From the NCBI GenBank assembly GCA_951406725.2, contig OX597815.1, positions 49,972,001 to 50,036,000 of the forward strand: 64,000 nucleotides of DNA, given 5' to 3'. A program made the position numbers and the translations under genes. Of this stretch, positions 13,062 through 26,644 are shown one piece after another. Numbering within the stretch: the first letter of the stretch is position 1; every line of letters begins with the position of its first letter. The notes beneath the pieces were generated by a model that saw only the letters and a list, made by a program, of their open reading frames with translations, ran no database searches and had not been told where the DNA came from. The stretch comes from Octopus vulgaris. Its lineage: Eukaryota.

Positions 13062-13112
<51 letters not shown>

Positions 13113-14507
13113 CACTTTTACTACTATTTTACAACATAAACATACATTAAATGTTTCTGAAAGTAAGATATTTGCATTGATATTCTAAAAGAAATGTTCA
13201 GATGTTCTACAGCTAAATGTTGTTGCTGTATTTATTTTTGTTTAGCCCCAGGTAAGCCTCCGTTGAGAAGGCCTATGATTAAAATGCCCTTCAGTCATGA
13301 CCGTTGCATCTTTTTCTCTGGCAAAGTGTATATAGAATTACATTATCGAAGGTGTCCTTTATCAAGTTAATATGTTTAGATGTCTTTGAAAGATATCAGG
13401 TTGTGTGACCATGCAGATGTTCCCTCACTGGATCATTAGCTAAATGTCTTCCCTAACAGTAACCACTGAAATATGAAGTAGAGATAATAATTGATATTTT
13501 CATTGAAAATCTCATTTGCCTAAGGTGACACGTCCAAGTTATATTACTGAGAGAAATAAAATAAAATAATAGTAATAATTCCTTAATAACAAATAAAACC
13601 AGCAGGAGAAACAAAAATAAATAGATTCTAGAAGTGATATCTCTGAGTTAATGACAACAGAATCATAAACAACAGCCTGTAACAATAATAATATTTGCCT
13701 AAGAACACAACAAATAGAAACGTAATAATAGTAATAATAACTGTGTAATTGGGAATAAACAGAAATTTCAATTGGTTTAATTAAATTGAAACTACTTCAA
13801 AAATTTAACCAAAACACAGAAAAATTGTCTTTTCATTATGCAGTGACAGAATTAGAGAAGCTTTCAAAATGTCGCCCAAATCTTGAGTACAAAATGAAAT
13901 GTGTTGTGACTATGAATTATACGTCTTCAGCAAAATTGTTTGCTTTCTTGATATGCTTCATTTGAGAATAATCCAACTGGTTTATCAATTAAATAATATG
14001 AAATGAATTTTTTGATTTTAGATTCCCTAAAAATGTTGTTCCTAAACCGAAAGCTGAGAAATATCAGACTTTTATGAAGCAATGTTGTTCATGTTTCCCA
14101 ATTCTCTTATTCACCACTTGGGCATTGCTCTCAAAAGACATATCAAATAATTTTGTTTATTCTTTTGGAAACAAAAAATATACCTGTTAGAGAAGCTGTA
14201 TTACTATCTGTAATTATTCCAGAAAATTATAGGGAAATAGACAAAAGGAAAATGAAAAATAAAACATTGTAAAGTCATGAGCAAGCAATTTCTAACATAC
14301 TTTATTTTACCAAATACAATGGGAACATTCCTTATTGTTAATCCTTCTAACAACTTTGAGCTACATTGAAGTGAATATTTTTGTTTTCTTTATTTTTCTC
14401 TTTTTTTTTTTTTGATTAAGAAGCTCACACAAATCTCTCTTTGGATAGATTGCTGGTCCATTGCAATTCACTATTTCTTTTACTTACTTACTTATGTATG
14501 TATGTGT

Positions 14508-15003
14508 GGAGGCGCAATGGCCCAGTGGTTAGAGCAGTGGACTCGCAGTCGTAGGATCACGGTTTTGATTCCCAGACAGGGCATTGTGAGTGTTTATTGA
14601 GTGAAAACACCTAAAGCTCCACGAGGCTCCGGCAGGGGGTGGTGGTGAACCCTGTTGTACTCTTTCACCACAACTTTCTCTCACTCTTTCTTCCTGTTTC
14701 TGTTGTACCTGTATTTTAAAGGGCCAGTATTGTCACACACTGTGTCATGCTGAATCTCCTCGAGAACTACGTTAAGGGTACACGTGTCTGTAGAGTGCTC
14801 TTCCACTTGCACGTTAATAAATGAGCTGGGGTATCAGTAGTGCCAAGCTGTATCAGCCTTTGCCTTTCCCTTGGTGGTGTAGAGAGGGGAGGCCGGTATG
14901 CATGGGTGACTGCTGGTCTTCCATAAACACCCTTGCCAGACTAGTGCCTCAGAGGGTAACTTTCTAGGTGCAATCTCATGGTCATTCATGACCGAAGGGG
15001 GTC
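14508..15003 (+). mobile_element. SINE family C (tail type 2 fused to a family D tail)
   Basis: Same ~185-nt head; the 3' part matches 28230-28330 (-) and 51470-51650. Confidence 0.85.
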
Positions 15004-15063
15004 ACAATGTATGTATGTATGTATAACTAATTACATTGTCTTTGAATATTATGTCTGGGGAAG

Positions 15064-15282
15064 GAAGTGAGCTGGCCGAATTGTTAGCTCATGGGCAAAA
15101 TGCTTAGCAGCATTTCAGTTATCTTTACGTTTTGAGTTCAAATTCTGCCGAGTTGACTTTGCCTTTCATTCTTTGGGGTGGGGAGGTCAATAAAATAATT
15201 ACCAGTCAATCACTGGAGTCAATGTAATTGACTTACCCCCCATTCTCTGAAATTACTGGCCTGGTGCCAAAATTTGAAATCA
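15064..15282 (+). mobile_element. SINE family B
   Basis: Same motifs. Confidence 0.8.
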
Positions 15283-15619
15283 GTATTCTGTCTGGGTGAC
15301 AACTCAGAGGAGAAATTAATATCAAAGTCAGAAAGAATGTGTGATGATCTGTTTCTTTAAAAAAACGAGAAAAAATATTTTTCTTTACAAAGATAAGCAA
15401 ACCAGTTTTCATTATATAGAGTTTGCCTACTTATAGGTTTTCAGATATGATGATTTACACGTCTTTCCTAATTCATTGTCTTCTAATTACTTCATGGTAA
15501 ACAGTAAAATTCTTTTAATTACAGACGAATGAATAGAAAATCATGAAATATTCAACTAGGATCTTTTGGAATCTTCCACTTGCAATGAAAATAATGTTCT
15601 CCCAAGTATTTTATTTCAT

Positions 15620-16005
15620 TCTTTTACTTTTTTCAGTCATTTGACTATGGCCATGCTGGAGTACAGCCTTAAAGGGTTTTTTAGTTGAAAAAATCGACTC
15701 CAGGACTTATTCTTTGTAAGCTGAGTACATATTCTATTGGTCTCTTTTGCTGAACTGCTAAGTTACATAGCCATAAATGCACTTGTCAAGCGATGGTAAG
15801 GGGAAAAACACAGACACAAAAACACACATAAATACATTTATATATATGATGGGCTTCTTTCAGTTTCTGTCTACCAAAACCAACCACAAGGCTTTGGTTG
15901 GTCTGAGGCTATAAAGACACTTGCCCAAGGTGTCTTGCAATGGGACTGAATCTGGAACCATGTTGTTGGGAAGCAAGCTTCTTACCACACAGCTATGCCT
16001 GTGCC
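15620..16005 (-). mobile_element. SINE family A
   Basis: Same head and tail motifs. Confidence 0.85.
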
Positions 16006-17705
16006 TCTGTCAACATTTTAATAAAAGAAGTAAAGAATGAATGTGAATGATATTGAGAAAATATCTAATGTGAATTTAAGACAGTCGTGTGACTGAAACT
16101 TTGTTTTTGAGAAGGCAGAAGCAAAAAAATAATTAAACAAATAAATATTTTTAAATAAGTAAATAGACAAATGAAATTGGTTGATATAATTATAAAATCA
16201 ACAAATAACTGAGAAGAAGATCGCAGTTAACACAGAATTAAACCAATGCAAACCAGGAATGAGAAAGGAAGAATGTTTAGAAATTGCTGTGAACCAACAA
16301 AATGACTAGTTTAGATAAGGTTGAGTATTTATGCCGAGTCATGACAGTACAGAAGATGCTTTAGCTGCTGCTGTTGTTGCTGTTGGGGGTATGATGGTGG
16401 TGGTGGTGGTGGTGGTGGGTGGAGATGATCATAATGATCATGATGGTGATGAGGACAATGCTAGTGATAATGATGTTGATGATCCAAATAATTACCTTTC
16501 TCGTTATATCTTGTCAATGTAGGTAACAGTGTGAATGCTGGGTCAAAAATATTTGATATTGAGTATTGATTAGCAATGACATAACTGTTATTTAGTTATG
16601 TCATTTCTAATCAATACTCACCTGCAATATGATTGATTAAGCATCAAGCTGGAAAACTGCAACCTTGTAGATTAACAATAAGCCATTTCCCATTAACTCT
16701 GTAAACAGTTGAATGAAGAAGGAGTAACACCAGCATACATATTAAAATTCTTTAAACCAAAATTATAAAATGTTCAGTTTTATAATATTTAAAGCTGTCG
16801 TTTTAAAAGAACCGTGCTTAAAAAATGCTGCAGGAATAAGTCTATTTTGTTTATCACTGCTGATTTATTTGTTTACATTTTAGATGACAGCTGAAGTTGG
16901 TATTTAGGTGAGAATTGATGAAATCTGAAATTACCAAAAGAATTCTTATCTCATGCACTGCTTGAATAAGATAAAAAACAACATAGAAGCTGCAACACCC
17001 AAAGGATTACCAGAATGCCTTTTGGTTCTTTAATTCCAATTACAGTGCAAAGATAGTATCAGTGGGTAAGTCCAACAAGCAACAAAGCTAGCATTCCTTT
17101 AGACTTCAGTATTGATACTAAAAAACACTGCCCATTGAGAATTGTGGGGAATTTAAATAAAAAGCTTCTTTTCATTTTTGTTTCTTTTTTCCTTATTTTC
17201 TTCTATACTATTGACTCATCTCTGTTCAGCTTAAGGAATAATGAATTGAACTACTAAACGAAATGTGAACTTCATTTTTCAGTTTTTCTTTCTTTTTTAT
17301 TTTTCATTTTTTTTATCAATATGCTAATGAAGCATAAATATAATTTCTAAATTATTTCTGAATTGTGATATAATTATTCATGTTAATTCATACTTTGAAG
17401 CTCACACTTTACATTTTGCTAGGAAATTTTGTAATATCTTAATATAAGATATAGTGATTTGTCATGAATATTCATCTTGTTAATTCTTTTTATTCTGAAA
17501 CAGACTTTTGAAGCAGCAAAAGAGAAACTACTAGCTGTCTTTCATTATGTAAATCATGGTCTTTGGATAATGTATGTGCGGGGGTTCAAGGGAAGCTAAG
17601 CAATAAGACAACTGGGTAACAGTATAACTTGGTGACAGTATTACTAGACGACAACTAACATGACCATCTATCAGTCAAAAAAGATTGAGGGGCTGAGGTT
17701 TAGTT

Positions 17706-17750
<45 letters not shown>

Positions 17751-18909
17751 TATATATTTCTTTCTGTTCTTTAGTGTCACATCAGCCCAAAAATTACCTG
17801 CTCTGTGCAAAAATTTGAAACCAGTATTCTGTAAGGTATAATGTGCGATTTGAGGGAGAGTTGACTTCTATTTCAGCAATGATATAAATATGGGAAAATA
17901 GTAGAGGAAGCAGGTAACTGCTGATAAATCTGAAGTAAAGACGATGGGATGAAATATAAAAGAATGATACAAATAAAGCTGTAGTAAGGAAAAACAAATT
18001 GAAGATCAGCAAAAAAGTTGTTAAAATGAAATTAAGATAATATAGAATTGAATATCAAGTAGAATAAGTATAGCATAGGTATGAAATAAAATGGCTGACA
18101 AATTAAATGTGTAAGTAATGAAATGTAAAGAACACATTGAAATGTAAGTAAAATGCAAAAGAAAAGTTCAGTTTAAAAAATCATGGAATGTTTCCAATTA
18201 TGTGTCTTCAGTTTAGCTATGAATGTCAATTGCCAACCTAGTTTAATATCAAGAGCACTCAATCATTACTAATCCTTTTTATAGACAATACTCTTTCCAC
18301 AAGACAATGCTACAGTAGAGAATGCTCTTGCTTGGTCAGTTTTTCACTCAATATAATATTTTTAACAGTGTTCACATATTTTTAAATGACCTTTATTCAT
18401 AGCATACAAAAAAATAAAATGTTATTTTACTTCAAAGAGAAATTAAATATTCCTAAGTGATACAAAATGTTTCCATTTGAAGTTAAACTGAATTCATATC
18501 TTGTTGTGCAGAGCATGTTTGTTATAGTAGCCAGTTTTGGATACTGTTTCTAAAACTTATATATATATACTAGCAGTAAAACCCGTCATTGATCAGGTAA
18601 TAATTACTTTTACTGTTTATCAGGAGCCACATTGAAAGCATTATTATATGTATAATTTACTCCTGTATGTGTGTATTTTTAGAAGAGAAAACCAGGTAAT
18701 AATTGAACTAGAAGAAAGATCATTATCATACATGAACTTGTATTTGTTTATGATATGAAAATAATAAGTGAGTTATATGTGCTATTTTATTTATCTGTAG
18801 TAATGGCAATGATATAATATTTTTATAAGAGAAAAATATGTAATAATTGAAGTAGGAAAAAGATCATTTTTATACATGAAGTTCTGTTTGTTTATTACAT
18901 GATAATAAT

Positions 18910-19590
18910 AAGAGACAGTGAGAGAAAGAGAGAGACAGAAGGAGAGAGAGACAGAAAGAGGGAGAGCGAAAGATGATGGAAGGAGAGAGGGAGACAAAGA
19001 GAGAGCAATAGATGCTGGAAGGAGAAGACATAGAGAGAGAGAAAGAAAGAAAGAAAGAGAAACAAAAAGAGAAAGGAGAAGAATAGATAGAAAGGAGAGA
19101 TAAAAAGGAGAGACAGAAAGGAGAGAAAAAAGAGAGAGAAAGAAAGGAAGAAAGAAAGAGAAAGAAGGAGAGAGAGAAAGAAAGAAAGAGAGAAAGAAAG
19201 GGAGAAAGGAAGAGAGAGAGAAATAAATAGAAAGAGAAAGAAAATAGACAGATAGAGAGAAAGAGAGATAGAGATACAGAAAGAGACAGACAGGCAGATG
19301 GAAAGAGAGATAAAGAGAGAAAGAAGAGAGGGTACTCATGGTATTAAATAACTGAAACATGAATATATATACATGTATGTGTGTGTGCTTTATTCTTACT
19401 TCAGTATAATGTTTGACGCACGTGTGTGTTTGCGTGTGTTCCTTTAGTGAGGGAAAGAGAGAGAGAACGAAAGAAAGAGAGACAAAGAGAGAAAGAAGGA
19501 GGAGAGAAAGAGAGAGAGAGAGAGAAAGGGAGAAAGGAAAAGAGAGAAAGAAAGAGAGGGAAAATAGACAAACAGGGAAGAAAGAAAATC
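18910..19590. repeat. Long GA-rich low-complexity tract
   Basis: Mosaic of (GA)n and (GAAA)n. Confidence 0.9.
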
Positions 19591-19649
19591 ATAGAGATGG
19601 TGACTGGTTTTAGCTTCAGTTTGTGGGACAAATAGTCAGAATATCTCTT

Positions 19650-21789
19650 TTGAGAGGTATGTCTCCTGCTGGTAATGCATTACATCCATTGCCAGTCATT
19701 TCCAGTTGTGTTCCACTGGAATGCTTCCTACCTCATGCACACCCAGAGCGGGGTCAATGGACTGGCACCTGTTGCAGCTCCCAACTACTCTCTGTACACT
19801 CTCCCTGGTCACGTCAGAGTCAACTTTCCTGGCTAGGAACAGGGTCCTGTCCATCCCCATGTTATGCATGGTATGCAGTCTCCTCAGCTCTGAGTCACTC
19901 AGTCGACTCACTGCAGTCACTCCTGCAACCAGGCTTTCTTTACTCTGGTCAGGACATCCACTCTGTTCCTTTCAGAGGGCACAAAAATCACACTCAAATT
20001 TAGGTCAAATTCAGCAGCTAGCTCACCCAGAATTCCCAAACAGCATCTTATCAGCATCTCTGTGCCCCCTTTGGCTTGCACCCTTCACTTGCCTGCCAGT
20101 GAACACTGATCCGACCCATCTAAGTACAGTGGCCAAATTAGTCTGGATCTTGATAGTACACAGCTACGTTGATGTGGTTGCAGTCATCCTCCTTCCTGTG
20201 CCAGGCCATATCCTCCATGACGATACCTCTAATTTACAGGAGAACTCTCTTTGGTATGCTGCTAACATCACACTACATGATCCCATTCTTCAATTTGGGC
20301 ACATACCAGTTTCTTCTTACTGGGTCCTCTGCAGTCACTCTCTCCAAGACTTCTTGCATCATGGCAGTTGTCTTCTCACCCACTTTGTCACTCTACCTCA
20401 CTCCTTCAGCATCCATCCTACATCAGTTCTGTCCACCACACAGTTGATCACGATTGCATGCAACTCCAATCCTGTTCCTCGTACCACCATCTCCACATCG
20501 CTACTCCCTCTACATTCAACTTCCGTACCATCAACAGCCCTTACACTACTCACTCAACTCCATTCTTCTACCATCTCTGGAGTCATTAGGGTTGTTGAGC
20601 AGCCCGTGTCTATGAGGGCTCATGATACTTTTCCTTCCACCACGATGTCCACTACTGGCAATGACTGTATACGTGCCTCTGTTCTTTCGATGGGATGACT
20701 ACCGGCACAGTGGTCTCCCTTAGACCATTTACCTGAATGCATTCATTAGTGATGTGACCTGTCTGTCTGCATCGATAGTAAATTACTCCAGGCTTGGGTT
20801 CCTTGAAGTCTCTCACCAGGTGTAAACCCTGACACCCTTTGAAGGGTTGTACACGTTCCTTGTTCAACCCCTCTCTGCCGCTCTTTGTTGACTCCTCATT
20901 ATTGCAGTCACTGCTAGCGGTATTGTCCTGCAACATGACGCGAGGATTTTGGCCTGAGATGTTACCTCTCCCATCACCATGGAGTGATTATTCGGCAGCT
21001 TTTGCAGTTCAACCAGCATGTGGTCAGGAAATTCTAATGCTAATTTAGCTGTTTCTTACAGTGCCTTGTCTTTGTATCCTGCAAGTTTGGCCAACCTCCT
21101 GATTTTGTTGGCAAACACATCGACTTGTTCACCCATCCACTTTGCATTTCCCGTCGACCATATGCCATGAATGGCCCTTCTATAAAAGCCTCCATCAGCT
21201 GGACTTCTATTTTTTCTGCACTTAACTGGTCCTTCTCCATTTCCAAGTATAGTGCTAATGCCGATCCATTAAGATACAATGGTATGAAACTCGCTAGGTC
21301 ATCTATACCGTGGAGTCTTGCCATCAACTTAATTTTTGTCAACTAAGTGGCGACATCTCCCTTGCCGCAAAATGACCTAACTGTCTGGTTCAAAACCCAG
21401 ACCATACCCTTAATTTCTTTTATTATTTGAGCTGAAATAGCTTGTGATGTGAAGAAGGAAAAGACAGAAGCAGAGAGAGCATTATGGTAGTCTTACCTGT
21501 CTATCTAGAAGGGTCGCTCACAACGTCCACATGCTCTATCTGCTGCCGTACCATCTTTCTATATGGAAGAGGTCGCTCACAACGTCTACATGCTCTGTCT
21601 GCCACCATACCATCTAACAGGTCTGCTCTCATATGCTGTCCACTGCCAGCTGACAACATGCACCTCACCAACCCCACATGCCCACTGCAGCCCTTCCGGT
21701 GGGGCCCACAACCCCCACTTCTGACAGGACATGTGCACTCCCTCACTTCTGATCCTTCCCTACAACACAGCCTGGCTCATAACTTCACA
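19650..21789 (-). mobile_element. Ty3/Gypsy LTR-retrotransposon remnant (gag, zinc knuckle, protease, integrase HHCC; RT/RNaseH deleted)
   Basis: gag-like LASFIPLYLNGSALALYLEM (21040..21342); knuckle YYRCRQTGHITNEC; protease ALIDTGCSTT (DTG at 20602-20610); integrase LHTMHNMG...CNRC (19696..19920). Confidence 0.85.
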
Positions 21790-23026
21790 ATTGGGTAATT
21801 ACTTTTACTGTTTATTGGGAGCCACATTGAATGTATTATTATATGTATAATTTACTCCTGCTGTATGTGTGCATTTTTAAGAAGAGAAAACCATGTAATA
21901 ATTGAAGCAGAAAGAAGATCAATATCACACATGAACTTGTGTTTGTTTATGATATGACAATAATAAGTGAGTTCTATGTGTTATTTTATTTATCTAGCAT
22001 TTTCTTGATGTTCAGTTTCAGATGCACATCGAGCTTTCTTTCTCTGCTACTGATCTGCAAGCTGTGCGTGTGTCTCATCGTTGTTTTCTGATGCATGTCA
22101 TACATTTGTTGGGTGTTCCTTCTGTGACGGTCTTTTTTTTATGAGACATTTTTTCATGATAAATATCAGTAAGTAATAGTGAAATGAAATTCAGACACTA
22201 TGTTACAGTAATGCAAGGAAAATAGGTATATCATATAGAAGAGTAGCTTAAGGGAATGAGAAATGTTTTTGATAAGGAATATCAGTAAGTTGTAGTGAAA
22301 TGAATTTACAAATGCTGAATGATGTCAGTGTTTTTACTGAAATTCCAACACTATATTGCAGGAATGTAGGACAAGGCATTGTGTGGTTGTCTTTTTGTTG
22401 ATGTGTCGATGATTTTTATTTCACTATGGATTTGTGTCTGTGTGCATATATGGCTTCACTGTCAGATTGTCTTTGATAATGTGAAATTAATTTGTATGTT
22501 TATATCTGAACGGAGAAGTTAGAAAAATAGGTATATCTGAAACAAGAATGAATACAGATATGTGTGTATGTGTGTGTTCTTTTAGAGAAAAAGAGAGTGA
22601 CAGACAGATAAAAAAATAGCGACACCATTTTTTAAAAGAGCTCTGCTGGTGAAAGTGGACAAAACACCCACTCTTGTAATTTTCTTTTATCTTCTCTTTC
22701 TTTTCACCTCTTACTTGTTTCAGTCGTTAGATTGTGGTCGTGCTGGGGCACTGCCTTGAAGATTTTCTAGTTGGACGTATTGACCCCAGAATGTTTTTTT
22801 CATTTTTACTTGTGGCAGTCATTAGAGAGTGAGAGAAAGAGAGAGGGGTGGGATGAGAGATTGAAAGGTGTTGATTCTTTGAAAATGTTGGTACTTTAGC
22901 TCTGGTCACACCATCATCATCATTATCATCACCATAGTTAAAGTGTGAAAGTGGACAAAACACCCACGCTTATAAATGAGATAGTGTCTTAACTATGTGT
23001 TGTGGGACAAACAGACAGAATCTCTC

Positions 23027-23149
<123 letters not shown>

Positions 23150-23311
23150 TTCATACATGGATACAGGCACCCATAAATGCATACATACATTACATACATA
23201 TGATTTACAAAATCAATAATTTACACATGCATACACACATATATAGGCATATATATATACATACATATTTACACTTATAGATTCATATGTATATATGTAT
23301 GAATGTGTCAC

Positions 23312-23361
<50 letters not shown>

Positions 23362-24583
23362 CATCTCTTTGTGTGGGTGTGCAAACGTATAAGACAGAGC
23401 AAAAGGAATTTAATGAGCAGCGAAGGATTGCTGGTTATGAGACAAATTTTAAAAGATTAATGCTAAGCTCACTCTATACAACATAAGAATATAAACACAT
23501 GCACACACACATACGTGCATACACACACACACACACACACAAAATGAACAGAAACAGCAGTCCTAAAAACTAATTACTAATTCATAGGTTCATTGTTTGC
23601 TTTCCATGAAGGTTGATTGAAACAAGTCCCCTGTCTTGCTCAAAGACATCAAATTACCATGTCACATTCCTTTTGTCACCAACATGACTACAAATGCAAA
23701 AAAAATTTCTACAAGAATGAATGATATCCATCCTAAAAGTAGATAATTACTGATGCATTTGATATTTGTCCATTACCTCAGGCAGAATCTGAAAGGTCAG
23801 TCGACAATGACACGAAATGATATAAGAATGCATTCTGCTAAAACTTTTCAAAAAGATGAAATCTGATTGTACTCTGATGACCCTACAGAGAATACATCTG
23901 TGATTAAAAATAATTAAATTATGGTATTATTGTATTCCCGCATTATATTCCAGCACAGTATCAGTATAACATTGTTATACATAACTAATTTTAATATTTG
24001 GAGACTAATTAAAACCGAATCTTTCCATTCAGACACAAAAGGTCAATGAAATAGTAATTGAACTAGCTGACATTTTCTTTTGATTTGCTCCTAATATTTT
24101 CATCTATTTAATACATTATAGAAGTAGCTATATCTTTTAACAACTTCTTTGATTTTCATTTTATAAGCTTTATCAGATTTCTGTTTTATACAATCTCAGA
24201 TTAACTTTACATAGCATCCCTTCACATACAGGCAGTATCAGTACATAGCCTCCAGGCATTGTAGACTATGTCACCAAATCTTTGGTAGAAGAATTAAAGA
24301 CAAAAAAAAGTACAAAAATATATGAGGAAATTAAAGACACAGCAAAAAAAGAATGAGATACAGAAACTAAGAAATGAACAAGAAAAAAATACGTTAAAGA
24401 TAAAGAAAAACACAGAGGGGAATGAAATAATGAAAAGAAAATATATAAAATATAAGACTAAGATTTATGAATGGACAACTGGATCAATATATTAATTCAT
24501 TGATACATAAACAGATATAGAGATAGAGAGATAGATAATTGTAGGAATTCGATATATATATATTGTTATATTTCCATGTAAAG

Positions 24584-24620
<37 letters not shown>

Positions 24621-24639
24621 ACCACTGACATCAAGGAAG

Positions 24640-25100
24640 TAAAGGAGTGTGTCTCCTAAGAGCACATAGTGAATGTGAACTGAGACATGGATGCTGAAAT
24701 CTCAAAGAGAATAAGGCTAGGATGGAAGGTATGTACCTCAATAAAGGATGTGCATAAAGCAAAATTGAACAATACCATATGCACCAGAATCTTCAATAGC
24801 ACCGTCTTACCTGCACTCTTAAATGCAAATGAGTCATAGTCTACCATGAAGAGAGAAGAACATGAACTGGCTACAACAGGTTACAAAAGGTTATGGAGAC
24901 GTGTATGCTAGGAATATCATTGTAAGAGCATATCCAAAATGAAATAACTCAAGAATAGAGTGGAGTGAGTGATGTGATCATAGACTACTGAAAACATAAG
25001 TTTTGTAGGACTAAACATGGCACAAAGTTTGCTGACAACAGGTGGACCCTCACAGTTGCTGAGTGGTATCCAAGAGATTGGAAAAGATACTCAGAAGGCC
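24640..25100 (+). mobile_element. Decayed LINE (RTE-like) C-terminal fragment
   Basis: Frameshifted remnants RIRLGWK, FNSTVLPAL and SGVSDVI. Confidence 0.5.
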
Positions 25101-25459
25101 AAGCTTGGATTAGGACCCATAGAGGCCTTGAGCACTTAAATTCTGAGCTACATTAGTAAGAACATGGATTTTCCCCTCTTCTTGCTCTATTAGAGATTTT
25201 AAGTAAAATTATAATGTGTCCAACTGATTAAAAAAATTCTATTTATTTATGCAGGTGAGGATAGCCCTGCATTAAAATTGATGTAATGGTTGCATTATTC
25301 AATTAAATGGAGCCACTTGAAACAGTCATACTGCATCACCTCTTGATATCCTGTTGCTTATTTTGATTTTATTCACCTTACTTTGAGTTGTATGGATAAT
25401 ACCGCACTGACTTGATGCTTCAACTTAAGTACCTAATTCAACTGTATCTCAATTATTTG

Positions 25460-26079
25460 ATCATCATCATCATCATCATCATCATTTAACGTCCTATTTC
25501 CATGCTAGCATGGGTTGGACGGTTCAACTTGGGTCTGGGGAGCCCGAAAGCTGCACCAGTCCAGTCAGATCTGGCAGTGTTTCTACAGCTGGATGCCCTT
25601 CCTAACGCCAACCACTCCGAGAGTGTAGTGGGTGATTTTATGTGCCACCAACACAGGTGCCAGACGAGGCTGGCAAACGGCCACGCTCGGATGGTGTTTT
25701 TTTATGTGCCACCGACACAGGTGCCAGACAAGGCTGGCAGACGGCCACGCTCGGATGGTGTTTTTATGTGCCACCGACACAGGTGCCAGATGAGGCTGGC
25801 AAACGGCCACGATCGGATGGTGTTTGTTACGTGCCCACAGCACAGAGGCCAGTCATTGCGGTACTGGCTACGGCCACGTTCGGATGGTTTTCTTGTGTGC
25901 CACGTGCCACCGGCACTGGTACCGCAAAGATACAAATTCCATTGATGTTCATCTATTTTGATTTGTTTGATTTTCACTTGCCTCAACAGGTCTTCACAAG
26001 TGTCACAAGAAGGAAGGTAAGCACAGGTGGACTGACTACGTCCCAGGTAAGGGCCACGGGTTATGGCCTGACTAGTCTT
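25460..26079 (-). mobile_element. RTE LINE 3' UTR copy (3 repeat units)
   Basis: Close match to 28820-29645, with a (CAT)n tail; ends just inside the ORF stop. Confidence 0.9.
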
Positions 26080-26085
26080 ATATAT

Positions 26086-26396
26086 ATCACCGTGATCACC
26101 GTGACCGACCAGGCTATCAGATGTTGCTACACATCGCTGGTCACAATGCGCTTTGCATTGTTTTAGCCTTCAAATGATGTCACCCCGCTGGCAAAGTGAG
26201 CAGGCCAACAGAAGAAAGAGTGAGAGAAAGTTGTGGCGAAAGAGTACAGCAGGGATCACCACCACCCCCTGCCAGAGCCTCGTAGAGCTTTAGGTGCTTT
26301 CACTCAATAAACACTCACAACGCCCCGGTCTGGGAATCGAAACCGCGATCCTACGACCGTGAGTCCACTGCCCTAACTACTGGGCCATTGCACCTC

Positions 26397-26397
<1 letters not shown>
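26086..26397 (-). mobile_element. SINE family C (tail type 3)
   Basis: Same head; tail ends GGTCGGTCACGGTGATCACGGTGATA. Confidence 0.85.
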
Positions 26398-26435
<38 letters not shown>

Positions 26436-26440
26436 ATATG

Positions 26441-26473
<33 letters not shown>

Positions 26474-26474
26474 G

Positions 26475-26532
<58 letters not shown>

Positions 26533-26544
26533 TGTATATATACA

Positions 26545-26612
<68 letters not shown>

Positions 26613-26644
26613 TATATATATATTCTTTTACTATTTTATTCTTT

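Larger units (their letters stand above)
18570..22558 (-). mobile_element. Helitron derivative enclosing a Gypsy fragment and an internal duplication
   Basis: 3' end ACCTGATCAATGACGGGT hairpin..CTAG^T at 18570 and candidate 5' A^TC at 22558. 22004-22149 encodes a decayed 23-aa-period repeat (ASENNDETHAQLADQ*QRKKARCASETEHQ, STPR-like as in RepHel N-termini). 18596-18797 is duplicated at 21794-21996. Confidence 0.6.

Noticed and set aside
16884-17065. Coding exon (TTTTAG acceptor, GTAAGT donor)
   Set aside because: Stops occur in all three frames; at most a UTR or lncRNA exon, unsupported without RNA data.
19706-20698. 330-aa plus-strand ORF
   Set aside because: Antisense to the Gypsy protease/integrase remnant; no recognisable domain.
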